The position numbers and the translations under genes are program-made. From Dehalococcoidia bacterium (GTDB lineage Bacteria; Chloroflexota; Dehalococcoidia; UBA2979): a DNA stretch of 64,000 bases. The notes beneath the pieces are model-generated. The model was not told where the DNA came from. It searched no databases and was given only the letters and a program-made list of their open reading frames with translations. Below, one piece after another: positions 1 to 9,410 of the stretch (position 1 is the stretch's first letter; each line of letters starts with the position of its first letter). The stretch is from NCBI GenBank assembly GCA_964291495.2, contig OZ219871.1:448001-512000 (forward strand), read 5' to 3'.

Positions 1-498
1 GCGCGCCTCGTGATCGCGAACAGCTGGTGCTGGCCGGTCTCCGACGACCGGCACTTCCGGATGTTCAGCTTCATGATGCGCAGCCCGCTGGGGCAGTTCC
101 TCATCAAGCGCTTCAACTTCTTCGTCAACCAGGTAGTCCCGAGGGCCGTCGGCGACAAATCGATCCTCACGCCCGAAGTGATGGCCCACTACCGCAGCGC
201 CCAGCCGCCGGGGGCGCGCGCGGCGATGGCCGCGCTACCGGGCTACATCATCCGCGCGAGCGACTGGCTGGACTCGATCTGGAGCGAGCGAGCGAAGTTC
301 GCCGACAAGCCCGCACTGATCCTCTGGGGCCTCAAGGACATCGCGTTCCGCGAGCAGGAGCTCGAGCGCTGGCAGGCGGAGCTGTCCGGCGCGCGGGTGC
401 TGACCTTCGAGGACTGCGGCCACTTTCTCGCCGAGGAGGCGCCGGAACGGCTCCTGCCGGCGCTTCGCGAGTTCTTGGGAACGCCTCGGCCGAGTTGA
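1..498 (+). CDS. alpha/beta hydrolase, haloalkane dehalogenase/OleB-like (5' truncated by window edge)
   Basis: C-terminal motifs LILWGLKDIAF and CGHFLAEEAPE; frame open from position 1. Confidence 0.75.
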   Translation, partial: ARLVIANSWCWPVSDDRHFRMFSFMMRSPLGQFLIKRFNFFVNQVVPRAVGDKSILTPEVMAHYRSAQPPGARAAMAALPGYIIRASDWLDSIWSERAKFADKPALILWGLKDIAFREQELERWQAELSGARVLTFEDCGHFLAEEAPERLLPALREFLGTPRPS

Positions 499-527
499 GA
501 CAAACTCCCAATAATCCTCGGTGTTCA

Positions 528-555
528 TTGACAAAAGTGCCTCTGCGCCTATCGT
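528..555 (+). promoter_or_regulatory. sigma70-type promoter
   Basis: TTGACA (528-533), 16-nt spacer, TATCGT (550-555) in an AT-richer intergenic stretch; GGAGGAG RBS downstream. Confidence 0.5.
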
Positions 556-588
556 GACGGCAAGGCGCTTCCCGGGGATCGGAGGAGA

Positions 589-1305
589 GTGATGAGCGAG
601 TGGTCGGTGAGCAAGATCGCCGGATGGTCGATGATCGTGGCCGCCGTGCTCGTGGTCGTGGCGGCCGCTATCACGCCCGGCTACACCACGGACAGCTTCG
701 AGGGCCTGAACATGGTCCAGACGCTCGAGGATCGGTCCTCGGACGCCGGCCTGCACAACCTCGCGTCACTGATGAACATGGCTGCGGGGCTCCTCCTCCT
801 GTTCGGGCTGCTCGCCATCAGCCGGACGGCCAGGGGCGAGAGCGCGAGCGACGCGATGGTGCGGTACGGCGTGGTCGCCCTCACGATCACGATCGCTCTC
901 CTGCTTGCCGCCGTCGGCGTGAACAAGATGATCGTCCACGTGCTGCAGCACGGAGGCCTCGAGGGGATCGACGCCGAGCGGGCGGACGCGCTCTCGTGGA
1001 GCCTGCAGTCCGTCCGCTACGGAATCACCATCGGCGTCTGGGCGGCCGGCGCGGTCGGCACGCTGCTGCTTGGGCTCGGTCTCTACGACCGGTTCGCGGG
1101 CGGCTACCAGCGGTGGTTCGCGTTGCTCGTGGTCGTGGCCTCGGTCGCCGGGTTGGTGGCTACCGCGATCGCGGAGTTCGCGCACGACATCGCCCAGGAG
1201 CTGGTGCTCATCTACGGGCTGTACCTGCTGATCGTGACGATCTGGTACCTGCTCCTGGGCATCGGCCTCGTTAACGAGGACCCCGATCTGACGGCTTCCG
1301 GCTAG
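589..1305 (+). CDS. multi-pass membrane protein of unknown function (DUF4386-like)
   Basis: about 6 hydrophobic segments; GGAGGAG RBS. Confidence 0.7.
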   Translation: MMSEWSVSKIAGWSMIVAAVLVVVAAAITPGYTTDSFEGLNMVQTLEDRSSDAGLHNLASLMNMAAGLLLLFGLLAISRTARGESASDAMVRYGVVALTITIALLLAAVGVNKMIVHVLQHGGLEGIDAERADALSWSLQSVRYGITIGVWAAGAVGTLLLGLGLYDRFAGGYQRWFALLVVVASVAGLVATAIAEFAHDIAQELVLIYGLYLLIVTIWYLLLGIGLVNEDPDLTASG

Positions 1306-1312
1306 CCGCCTG

Positions 1313-1344
1313 AGCGCCGGGCGCCCGACGGGGCGCCCGGCGCT
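1313..1344 (+). terminator. GC-rich hairpin, possible terminator
   Basis: perfect 14-bp stem AGCGCCGGGCGCCC-GACG-GGGCGCCCGGCGCT just after the stop; no U tract. Confidence 0.45.
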
Positions 1345-1438
1345 GCTCGCCACTGCGGATCCTGCTACCCTCGCGCGCGCTCCGGGCGGGTGACATCACG
1401 TCCCGGACGAACGTCGCGAACGATGGGATCGAGGGTGC

Positions 1439-2251
1439 GTGATGGCAGAGGACGGCAAGCCGCTGGCGGGCAAGGTCGCGATCGTCGCCGGGGCGACGCG
1501 CGGCATCGGCCACGACATCGCCCTCTACCTCGCTCGCGCCGGCGCCAGCACAGTCATCGCCGCGCGCAGCAGCGAAGTCACCGACCCGCGCTGGCCCGTC
1601 ACGATCCACGACGTCGTCAGGGAGATCGAGGACGAGGGCGGCACGGGGCTCGCGCTCCGCCTCGACATGCGCGACCGGGAGAGCTGCCAGGCCTGCGTCG
1701 AGGACACGGTTGCGCACTTCGGCCGGCTCGACATCCTCGTCAACAACGCCGCCGTGCAGGCGCGCGGCATGATCGAGACGATGGCGGAGCGGCACATCGA
1801 CCTCATGCTCGAGGTCAACGTGCGCGGGCCGATCCTGCTGATCCGCCACGCGATCCCGCACATGCGGGCGGTTGGCGGCGGACACGTGATCAACATCTCC
1901 TCGCGCGGCGCCGTCAACTTCCCGCCCGGCCCCTATCCGGTCGAGGATCGCCGCCCCACCTCGTACCTCTACGGCCCCACCAAGGCGGCGCTCGACCGGC
2001 TCAACCAGCAGCTCGCGCTGGAGCACCAGAAGGACAACATCTCCTTCAACTGCCTCTCGCCGGACCACCAGGTCACGACGCCCGGCGTCGCGCTGCTGCG
2101 CAACATCGACGACCCTGACGCGCCGCTGCTCGACGTCGAGGTCGCCCATGACCTCGGCAAGTCGGCCGTCTGGATCTGCTCGCAGCCGCCCGGCTCGTAC
2201 ACCGGCAACATCCTCTACGACACCGAGGTCGTCGCGGAGCAGGGGCTGTAG
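1439..2251 (+). CDS. SDR family oxidoreductase
   Basis: GATRGIG, LVNNAA, YGPTK (YxxxK). Confidence 0.9.
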   Translation: MMAEDGKPLAGKVAIVAGATRGIGHDIALYLARAGASTVIAARSSEVTDPRWPVTIHDVVREIEDEGGTGLALRLDMRDRESCQACVEDTVAHFGRLDILVNNAAVQARGMIETMAERHIDLMLEVNVRGPILLIRHAIPHMRAVGGGHVINISSRGAVNFPPGPYPVEDRRPTSYLYGPTKAALDRLNQQLALEHQKDNISFNCLSPDHQVTTPGVALLRNIDDPDAPLLDVEVAHDLGKSAVWICSQPPGSYTGNILYDTEVVAEQGL

Positions 2252-2260
2252 GGGCGGGAG

Positions 2261-3004
2261 CTACGCCCGCTCGTAGATCGAGACGTGGGAGCGGCTCGCG
2301 GCGTCGAATGGCCCGCCCTGCCAGTCGCTCCAGCGCTCGCGCAGGCGCAGCCCTGCGAGGCGCGCCATCAGGTCCAGCTCCGAGGGCCAGACATAGCGGA
2401 TCTCGATCGGGTACTGCGTGACGGCCTCGCCGTCGATCGAGACGAGGCGAGTCGTAATCCGCTGCTGCGCACGGTCCAGCGTCGACGCATCGAACATCAC
2501 TCGCTCGCCCTCGACGCGGTGCATGCGGAGCGCGTGCCCGGTGTGGTCGTAGCGGCACATGTCCGGCACGAACGCCTCGACGACGAACACGCCGCCGGGG
2601 CTCAGGTGCGCCGCGACGTTGCGCACGCAGCGCAGCTGCGTCTCCTGCGTGAGCAGCGCGAAGAAGGTGTTGAAGACCACGAAGATCAGGTCGAACTCGC
2701 CCTCGACGCCGACATCCGCGAAGTCGCCGATCGTGACAGGGATCGCCTCTCCACCGGGCTTCGCCCGCAGCTCCGCGACCATCGCCTCGGAGGCGTCGAC
2801 GCCGTGCACCTCGACCCCGCGCGCCGCGAGGGGCAGCGCGATCCGTCCGGTGCCAATACCCAGCTCCAACACGCGTCCGCCGCCCGCCAGCCGGGCGAGC
2901 GCCTCGACGGCGTCGGTCGGGTCCATGTGGGTGTGCAGGTCGTCGTAGTCCGCGGCGATGCGCTCGCCGTAGGCGCCGGGAGCGTAGTCGGGATCGCCGG
3001 CCAT
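2261..3004 (-). CDS. class I SAM-dependent methyltransferase
   Basis: VLELGIGTGR motif I, GVDASEAM, FDLIFVVFNTFF. Confidence 0.9.
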   Translation of the reverse strand: MAGDPDYAPGAYGERIAADYDDLHTHMDPTDAVEALARLAGGGRVLELGIGTGRIALPLAARGVEVHGVDASEAMVAELRAKPGGEAIPVTIGDFADVGVEGEFDLIFVVFNTFFALLTQETQLRCVRNVAAHLSPGGVFVVEAFVPDMCRYDHTGHALRMHRVEGERVMFDASTLDRAQQRITTRLVSIDGEAVTQYPIEIRYVWPSELDLMARLAGLRLRERWSDWQGGPFDAASRSHVSIYERA

Positions 3005-3162
3005 CGATCTACCGTACGGCGCGACTCTTGAAGGGGCGAGGGCGTCCGCCGCTCGGGCCTCGGCGCACGCGGGTCTTGCCCTGAACGGCGCGGTGCGCCA
3101 GCATCGTGGCCGTCGCCGAGTGGATTCGGGCAGGGACCACTCCCCCGGCAGCGGAGGAATGC

Positions 3163-4431
3163 ATGACCTCGAGGCGTGAAGTCTCCGCGCCCAACCCCGC
3201 TGCGGCGGGGGGGCGCGACGAGGCGATGGCCGAGGAGCTCTGGCGGCGCGCTCGTACGTCCGGCATGACTCGCCGCCGCTTCCTGGAACTGATGGCGGCC
3301 GGCGGCGCCGCCGCGGTGCTGGTGGCCTGCATCGACCTCGAAGGCGGCATGGACGAGGAGCCCGACGAGCCCGCGCACTGGTTCAAGGACACCGAGCCGT
3401 TCATCGAGCACGCCGACACGAGCCTCGAGGCGCGCCTTGAACTGATGGACGAGGTGATCACCCCGGCCCGGCTGTTCTTCGTGCGGAACAACTCATCGTC
3501 GAGCCTCGATGTGGACGCAGGGGACTGGCGGCTGTCGATCGAGGGCGACGCCATCGACAGCCCGATCGAGCTGAGCTACGAGGAGATCCGCCGCCTTCCC
3601 TCGCGCACGTTCGTCTCCTACCTCGAGTGCGCGGGCAACCAGCGCGCGATGTTCGAGCGGCTGGAGGGCTGGCTGACGACTGGCTCCCAGTGGACCACCG
3701 GGGGCGTCTCCAACGGCGAGTGGACCGGGGTGTCCCTGCGCGATGTCCTGACGCTGGCGGGGATCCGCGACGATGCCGTCTGCGTGATGCTGGTCGGCCT
3801 CGATAGCGAGGCTCCGGAGGGCGGCTTCCGGCGCGTGATGCCGGTCGAGAAGGCGCTGCACCCGGACACGATCCTCGCCTACGAGCTGAACGGCGAGGCG
3901 CTCCCGAAGGACCACGGCTTCCCGCTGCGCGCCATCGCGCCGGGCTGGGTCGGCGCAACCAACATCAAGTGGCTCGGCCGCATCGTCGTCTCGCGCGAGC
4001 AGCTCTGGACGCGCAACAACACCACCCACTACGTGCTGATCGGCACCCGCTACGAGCCCGAGGGCGAGGCGCGGGGTGAGATCGCCGAGGAGCAGAACAT
4101 CAAGAGCGCCCTCGCGCTGCCCTGGCCCGCCGAGCTGTCGGCCGGCGTCCAGCGCCTGCACGGCTACGCCCACTCGCCCGGCGGCCCGATCGAGCGCGTC
4201 GAGTGGAGCACGGACGGCGGCGCGAACTGGAGCGAGGCGGACGTGCTGGGGCCGCAGGTCGACTACTCGTGGGCGATGTTCGAGTTCGAGTGGGACGCCG
4301 AGCCGGGTGAGCACACGATCATGACCCGCGCGACGGACGCCTCGGGCGAGACGCAGCCCGAGGAAGTGCCGTTCAACGACAAGGGCTACCTCTTCAACCA
4401 GCCCCTCCCGCACCCGATCACGGTGACGTAG
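3163..4431 (+). CDS. sulfite oxidase family molybdopterin enzyme with Tat/lipoprotein signal
   Basis: TRRRFL twin-Arg, VAC lipobox, FFVRN, LECAGN Mo-ligating Cys, DHGFPLR, IKWL, C-terminal dimerisation domain; start uncertain (3106/3163/3226). Confidence 0.88.
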   Translation: MTSRREVSAPNPAAAGGRDEAMAEELWRRARTSGMTRRRFLELMAAGGAAAVLVACIDLEGGMDEEPDEPAHWFKDTEPFIEHADTSLEARLELMDEVITPARLFFVRNNSSSSLDVDAGDWRLSIEGDAIDSPIELSYEEIRRLPSRTFVSYLECAGNQRAMFERLEGWLTTGSQWTTGGVSNGEWTGVSLRDVLTLAGIRDDAVCVMLVGLDSEAPEGGFRRVMPVEKALHPDTILAYELNGEALPKDHGFPLRAIAPGWVGATNIKWLGRIVVSREQLWTRNNTTHYVLIGTRYEPEGEARGEIAEEQNIKSALALPWPAELSAGVQRLHGYAHSPGGPIERVEWSTDGGANWSEADVLGPQVDYSWAMFEFEWDAEPGEHTIMTRATDASGETQPEEVPFNDKGYLFNQPLPHPITVT

Positions 4432-5215
4432 CCGGCTCGCGCTCGCCGTCGTCCTGCGCGATCCCCGCCGCATCGAGGCGTGCGTGCAAGCGTCTCAGTT
4501 CGTCCAGCACCTCGTCGGACGCTGGACCGCGGACCGGGTGCTCTGACTCGAACAAGAAGGCGGCGACGTTCGCGGTGAGCGCTGCAAAGGTGCCGATACC
4601 GACGATCATCAGCATCACGCCCACGCCGCGGCCCACCGCCGTAACGGGGACGGCGTCTCCGTAGCCCACCGTTGTCGCGGTTGCGATCGCCCACCAGAAC
4701 GCCGTATCGAGGCTGTCGATCTCGCCACTGCCAGAGCGCTCGGCGAAGTAGACCGCGATCGCGGAGGCTGTGAGGACGAGGCCCGCGAAGAGCAGCGATC
4801 CCTGCACACCTCGGCGGGCCAGGATCGCGCGCATCGCGTGTGCCGCACGTAGCGCGTACGCGAGCGCCCGCACCGCGCCAAGCACGCGCAGTGCGCCCGC
4901 GGATCGTGCGACGCGCAGCGGCCGCAGGAACGGCAGCACGACGATCAGCACGTCGAACCAGTGCCGCCGGAGGTACGTGAGCTTGCGGGGCGCGAGCCTC
5001 GTTCGAATCAGCAGATCGGCCGCGAAGACGCCCCAGATGAGCCAGTCGAGGGCGAAGATGACCCGCTCCTGGCCGGCGGACAGGTCGAGCACGAACGGCG
5101 AAAGAAAGAGCGGGATCGTGAGCAGCGCGAGGACGAGCAGCGGCACCTCGGTCGCGCGCTCGAATCGAGCGAGCGCTTCCAGTCGCCTCTGTTGATCCGC
5201 GGTCGTGGTGGTCAT
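4418..5215 (-). CDS. potassium channel protein
   Basis: TATTVGYGD selectivity filter; Arg-rich S4-like segment LRPLRVAR. Confidence 0.88.
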   Translation of the reverse strand: MTTTTADQQRRLEALARFERATEVPLLVLALLTIPLFLSPFVLDLSAGQERVIFALDWLIWGVFAADLLIRTRLAPRKLTYLRRHWFDVLIVVLPFLRPLRVARSAGALRVLGAVRALAYALRAAHAMRAILARRGVQGSLLFAGLVLTASAIAVYFAERSGSGEIDSLDTAFWWAIATATTVGYGDAVPVTAVGRGVGVMLMIVGIGTFAALTANVAAFLFESEHPVRGPASDEVLDELRRLHARLDAAGIAQDDGEREPATSP

Positions 5216-5230
5216 GGGGGTCCGCAGCCC

Positions 5231-6187
5231 CTACAGCACGGCCAGTGGGTTGACCGGCGATCCGGTGCCGCCCCAGATGATCAGCGGGGCGCAGACGAAC
5301 TGGAACTCGTGGCGGCCCAGCTCCGCGCAGGCCACGCCGACGGCCTCGAGGTTGGCGTTGTCGAGCAGCGGCAGCCCCATGTAGGGCAGGGCGATCTGGT
5401 GGATCGCGCCGCCGCTGCCCTCGAAGCCCTGCCCCGCCGCCTCCTGCAAGTCCCAGACGAGGATCGACGCGTCGTACTCGTAGAGAAACTCGATCGCCGA
5501 GGCGTGCACGCCGGGCCGGGGCGGCGCGCCCGGAACGGTGATGCTGCCGCCCTCGCTCGGCGCGTCGAGCGCGCCGCTCTGCAGCGCGCGCGACACCGCG
5601 TCCGCGCCGGATCGGATCAGCACCGCGTCGCCCGATCGCGGCTCGACGCCCTGCGCACGCGCGCAGTCCTCGAGCTCCCAGCCGTGCACGGGCTCCTCGT
5701 AGCTGACGTGCTCGACGCCGCGGTAGCGGGGGATGTCGTAGAGCACCCCGCGCGTGACGATGCCGTCGCGCCAGTGCTCCACGGATCCGCTCTTCGCGCC
5801 CGTCACCGTCACCAGCGAGGCGGGCCGGCCGTTGTAGAGCAGCGGCTCCTCGTCGTCGGTGAAGACGTGGCAGTGCGCGTCGACGTGCGTGTTGGTGAGG
5901 CCGTGGTAGTTGATCGCGAAGAAGTCCCAGGCGATGCCTGCGTGCCAGCGCAGGTAGTGCGAGACCGGGAACGGGTTGCGCGGCCCGGGCCGCGTGTCGA
6001 GGGAGTTGGCGAGCGAGACCGCCCTGCCCGCCTGCACGAGGCTCGCCGCGTGTGCGCGCACCTCGGGCGTGATGTGGTTGAGCGTGCCCAGCTGGTCGTC
6101 GTCGCCCCAGCGCCCCCAGTTGCTGTAGCGCTGGCGGTAGGCGAAGAAGTCTTCCTTCGTCGGCGGCGTGCGATCTGCGAGTCCCAT
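5231..6187 (-). CDS. cyclase family (kynurenine formamidase-like) metal-dependent hydrolase
   Basis: NWGRWGDDDQLGTLN, THVDAHCH, GGTGSPVNPLAV. Confidence 0.88.
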   Translation of the reverse strand: MGLADRTPPTKEDFFAYRQRYSNWGRWGDDDQLGTLNHITPEVRAHAASLVQAGRAVSLANSLDTRPGPRNPFPVSHYLRWHAGIAWDFFAINYHGLTNTHVDAHCHVFTDDEEPLLYNGRPASLVTVTGAKSGSVEHWRDGIVTRGVLYDIPRYRGVEHVSYEEPVHGWELEDCARAQGVEPRSGDAVLIRSGADAVSRALQSGALDAPSEGGSITVPGAPPRPGVHASAIEFLYEYDASILVWDLQEAAGQGFEGSGGAIHQIALPYMGLPLLDNANLEAVGVACAELGRHEFQFVCAPLIIWGGTGSPVNPLAVL

Positions 6188-6362
6188 GCGGCCCTCCCGC
6201 TGCTCCGCCGGCGCGCCCGTGCGGCCCGCCGGCGCCTCGGCGCGGATCGTAGCAGGCGGCGCGGACGGCTAGAATGACGCCCGCCGCGAGGCGCTTTGAC
6301 GCCGCCACGAGGCGACGCGAGACTTGGTCCGCACCGCGGCGCTGCGGGTGGGGGTGAGGCCG

Positions 6363-6689
6363 GTGAGCGGGCCCGAAGGCGACCGTCCAGAGGACCAGGC
6401 CGACGCGACCCCCGAGGCCGTCGACGCCGACGAGGACGTCCGCTACTTCTTCGACGAGTCGCTGATGGGCAGGCCCTGCACCTGCGAGGGCGGCGCACAG
6501 ATCGAGGGTACCGACTACGCCGGCCGCGTCACCTACCGGGGCGTGGCCACCGGCCGCCGCTTCGAGCAGGGCGACCCGCCCTGGCGCTGGCTGGAACTCG
6601 CCGGACGCAGCATCGACGATCACAGCGGACAGGGCGCGCAGCTCGTCTGGTGCGAGGAGAGCTTCGTCTTCTTCGACGACGAGGAGTAG
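6363..6689 (+). CDS. small acidic hypothetical protein
   Basis: coding-like codon usage; GTG start behind GGTGAGG; upstream of etfB. Confidence 0.6.
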   Translation: MSGPEGDRPEDQADATPEAVDADEDVRYFFDESLMGRPCTCEGGAQIEGTDYAGRVTYRGVATGRRFEQGDPPWRWLELAGRSIDDHSGQGAQLVWCEESFVFFDDEE

Positions 6690-6732
6690 GCGCGCAGACC
6701 ACATACGCACCGACGCGACCGAAGGAGGCCGC

Positions 6733-7530
6733 ATGCACATCGTGATCTGCGTCAAGCAGGTCGTCGACCCGGACGGCGTCAACAGCTACGCGCTGTGGGG
6801 CCAGCTGGAGGTCGACGAGAGCGGACGGGCGTTCAGCACCCGGCTGCCGCTGATCATCAACGCCTACGACGACCAGGCGATCGAGGCGGCGCTGCGCCTC
6901 CGCGACGCCGACGACGAGGTGACGATCACCGCCATCTCCGTCGGGGGCGAGGACGTCGACCAGGTGCTCAAGCACTGCGTCGCGATGGGCTGCAACGAGA
7001 TCATCCGCATCGACGACCCGGAGGCGGGGGCCGGCAACGCGCTGCGCACCGCGCGTCTGCTCGCCGCGCAGATCGCCGAGCTGGGCGACGTCGACCTCGT
7101 GCTCTGCGGGCGGCAGTCCTCGGACTACGACCAGGGCACGGTGCCGGGCGCGCTGGCGGAGCTGCTCGGCTTCGCCTGCGTCACGCTCGGCTTCGGCGTG
7201 ACCGCCGAGGACGGGCGCCTGCGCGTGCAGCGCGCGACGCCGCTTGGCGAGGAGCTCGTCTCCGTCGCGACGCCCGCCGTGGTGACGATCAGCAACGAGC
7301 TCGGCGTGCCGCGCTACCCCACGAGCCGCGGCATGATCGCCGCCCGTCGCCGCCCGCCGACCGTGCGCGCCGCCGCCGACCTCGATGCCGGCGAGGGCGC
7401 GCACGGCGTCGAGCTGGTCGAGCTGTTCGTACCGGACGTGCAGGGCCACTGCGAGGTGATCGAGGGCGCCACGCCTGCCGAGCAGGCCGCGGCCCTGTTG
7501 GCGAAGCTGGAAGAGGAGGGCGTGCTGTGA
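6733..7530 (+). CDS. etfB: electron transfer flavoprotein beta subunit
   Basis: [41 protein letters not shown]. Confidence 0.92.
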   Translation: MHIVICVKQVVDPDGVNSYALWGQLEVDESGRAFSTRLPLIINAYDDQAIEAALRLRDADDEVTITAISVGGEDVDQVLKHCVAMGCNEIIRIDDPEAGAGNALRTARLLAAQIAELGDVDLVLCGRQSSDYDQGTVPGALAELLGFACVTLGFGVTAEDGRLRVQRATPLGEELVSVATPAVVTISNELGVPRYPTSRGMIAARRRPPTVRAAADLDAGEGAHGVELVELFVPDVQGHCEVIEGATPAEQAAALLAKLEEEGVL

Positions 7531-8504
7531 GCGGCGTGCTGGTCGTCATCGCACAACCCGGATCGGACGGACTCAACCAGGCCGAGGGCGAGGCGATCGG
7601 CCTCGGCCGCAGCCTCGCCGACGCCCTCGGCGAGCCACTCGCCTGCACGCTGATCGGACAGGGCCTCGAGGCGGCCGCCGCCGAGGCGGCCGAGCGCGGC
7701 GCGGAGCAAGTGCTCAGCGCCGACGCCGATCACCTCGCCACCTTCTCGGGCGACGCCGTCGTCGCGGCGGCAGCCGAGGCGGTGAGCGCCTCCGGCGCGA
7801 GCAGCTTGGTCGTCGCGCGCGGCCCGAACTCGCTCGAGCTCGCCCCGCGCCTCGGCGCGCGGCTGGGCGGCGGTTGCGTGATGGGCGTGAGCGGGTTCCG
7901 CACCGACGGCGCGAACGTCGAGGCCGTCGCCTCGGTCTTCGGCGGGGCGGCGCGCGCGGTCTACCGCATGAACGCCACGCCGCGCGTCGTCTCGCTCGCG
8001 CCGGGCGTCGCCACGCCGCCCGATCGCGAGGCCGGACGCACGGCGGAGTCGGTCGCCCTCGATGTCGCGCCGCCCGCGGAGGAGCGCGTGACCGTCGAGG
8101 AGCCCGCGGCGCTTACCGGGCCTCGCCTCGAGGACGCAAAAATCGTCGTCTCCGGCGGGCGCGGCCTGCAGCTGGGCGAGAACTTCGGCCTGATCCGCGA
8201 GCTCGCGGAGGCCCTCGGCGGGCTACCGGGCGCCTCCCGCGCGATCGTCGACGACGGCTGGGCGCCGGCCGAGGAGCAGGTCGGCCTGACGGGCAAGATC
8301 GTCAGCCCGGACCTCTACATCGCGGCCGGCATCTCCGGCGCGAGCCAGCACATGGTCGGCTGCTCGACGGCGCGCGTGCTGGTCGGCGTCAACACCGACG
8401 CGGACGCGCCGATCTTCCGCTACGCCCGCTACGGCATCACCGCCGACTGCCTGGAGGTGCTGCCGGAGCTGATCCGCCTCGCCCGCGAGCGGGCGGCGGG
8501 CTAG
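7527..8504 (+). CDS. etfA: electron transfer flavoprotein alpha subunit
   Basis: GTGA overlap with etfB; [35 protein letters not shown]. Confidence 0.92.
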   Translation: MSGVLVVIAQPGSDGLNQAEGEAIGLGRSLADALGEPLACTLIGQGLEAAAAEAAERGAEQVLSADADHLATFSGDAVVAAAAEAVSASGASSLVVARGPNSLELAPRLGARLGGGCVMGVSGFRTDGANVEAVASVFGGAARAVYRMNATPRVVSLAPGVATPPDREAGRTAESVALDVAPPAEERVTVEEPAALTGPRLEDAKIVVSGGRGLQLGENFGLIRELAEALGGLPGASRAIVDDGWAPAEEQVGLTGKIVSPDLYIAAGISGASQHMVGCSTARVLVGVNTDADAPIFRYARYGITADCLEVLPELIRLARERAAG

Positions 8505-8606
8505 CGGGCACGGTGCACGACCGCGTGCGCTCGCCTCGTGGCTAACGAGGGGGCGGAGACGCCGCCGACCGGTGCGACCCGCCGGCGGCGGCCGGCCGCC
8601 GTCTCG

Positions 8607-9335
8607 ATGGCCGGCGAGCCCGGCGCGGAGCTGGGCATCGTCGCCGAGGCGCGGCTCCCCGGCGGCGCCGTCGTCGACATGCACTGCCACAGCTCCGACC
8701 TCTCGCTCGACAGCGGCGTGCGCGCCGAGCAGCTGGTCGCGCAGGCGGCGGCGCGCGGCCTCGACGGCGTCTGCCTCACGGAGCACAACCAGCTCTGGGA
8801 CGCGGACCAGGCGCGCGAGCTCGGCGAGCGCCACGGCGTCGCCGTGCTGCCGGGCATGGAGATCGGCAGCACGCACGGCCACGTGCTCGTCTTCGGCCTC
8901 GACCGCTACCACCCGGAGCTGACCAACATCGAGCGGCTGCGCCAGATCGTGCTTGCCGAGGGCGGCGCGATGGTCTGGGCGCACCCGATGCGCGAGGGCG
9001 ATCACCAGCGCCCGAGCTGGTCCGCGATCCCGGATCTGTTCGAGGCGCTGGAGGTCGTCAACGGCGACCACACGGACCACGTCGACGGCTACTGGGCGAC
9101 GCTCGCCGAGGAGCTCGGCGTCGGCCGCACGGGCGGATCGGACGCGCACAGCCTCCCGGCCGTCGGGCGCGTCGGGACGGGCTTCCCGGAGCCGGTGCCT
9201 GACGTGGAGACGCTGGTGCGGCTGCTGCGGCTGCACCGCCACGCGCCGCTCGACTTCCGCCCGGGCGGCGCGCACGGCCTGCCGCACATGGCCGATCCGC
9301 CCCCGTACACGCCTCGGAGGCCGCCGGGTTCATAG
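8607..9335 (+). CDS. PHP-domain metallophosphoesterase/hydrolase
   Basis: DMHCHS, LTEHN, GMEI, AHPMR, GGSDAH; start uncertain (8538 or 8607). Confidence 0.85.
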   Translation: MAGEPGAELGIVAEARLPGGAVVDMHCHSSDLSLDSGVRAEQLVAQAAARGLDGVCLTEHNQLWDADQARELGERHGVAVLPGMEIGSTHGHVLVFGLDRYHPELTNIERLRQIVLAEGGAMVWAHPMREGDHQRPSWSAIPDLFEALEVVNGDHTDHVDGYWATLAEELGVGRTGGSDAHSLPAVGRVGTGFPEPVPDVETLVRLLRLHRHAPLDFRPGGAHGLPHMADPPPYTPRRPPGS

Positions 9336-9362
9336 TCGGGCACACTCTGACGGGACGCGGAA

Positions 9363-9384
9363 GGGGGCGCCTCGCGGCGCCCCC
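9363..9384. terminator. hairpin between convergent genes
   Basis: GGGGGCGCC-TCGC-GGCGCCCCC. Confidence 0.5.
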
Positions 9385-9410
9385 AACGCAGTCCTGCCGG
9401 AGCCGGCTGA

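Noticed and set aside
4386-6782. Long alternative-frame and antisense ORFs (798 aa here; also 22222-24978, 25659-27563, 43356-45527, 50527-53136, 55515-57875)
   Set aside because: Arg/Ala/Gly/Pro-rich shadows of recognisable genes, expected at this GC content
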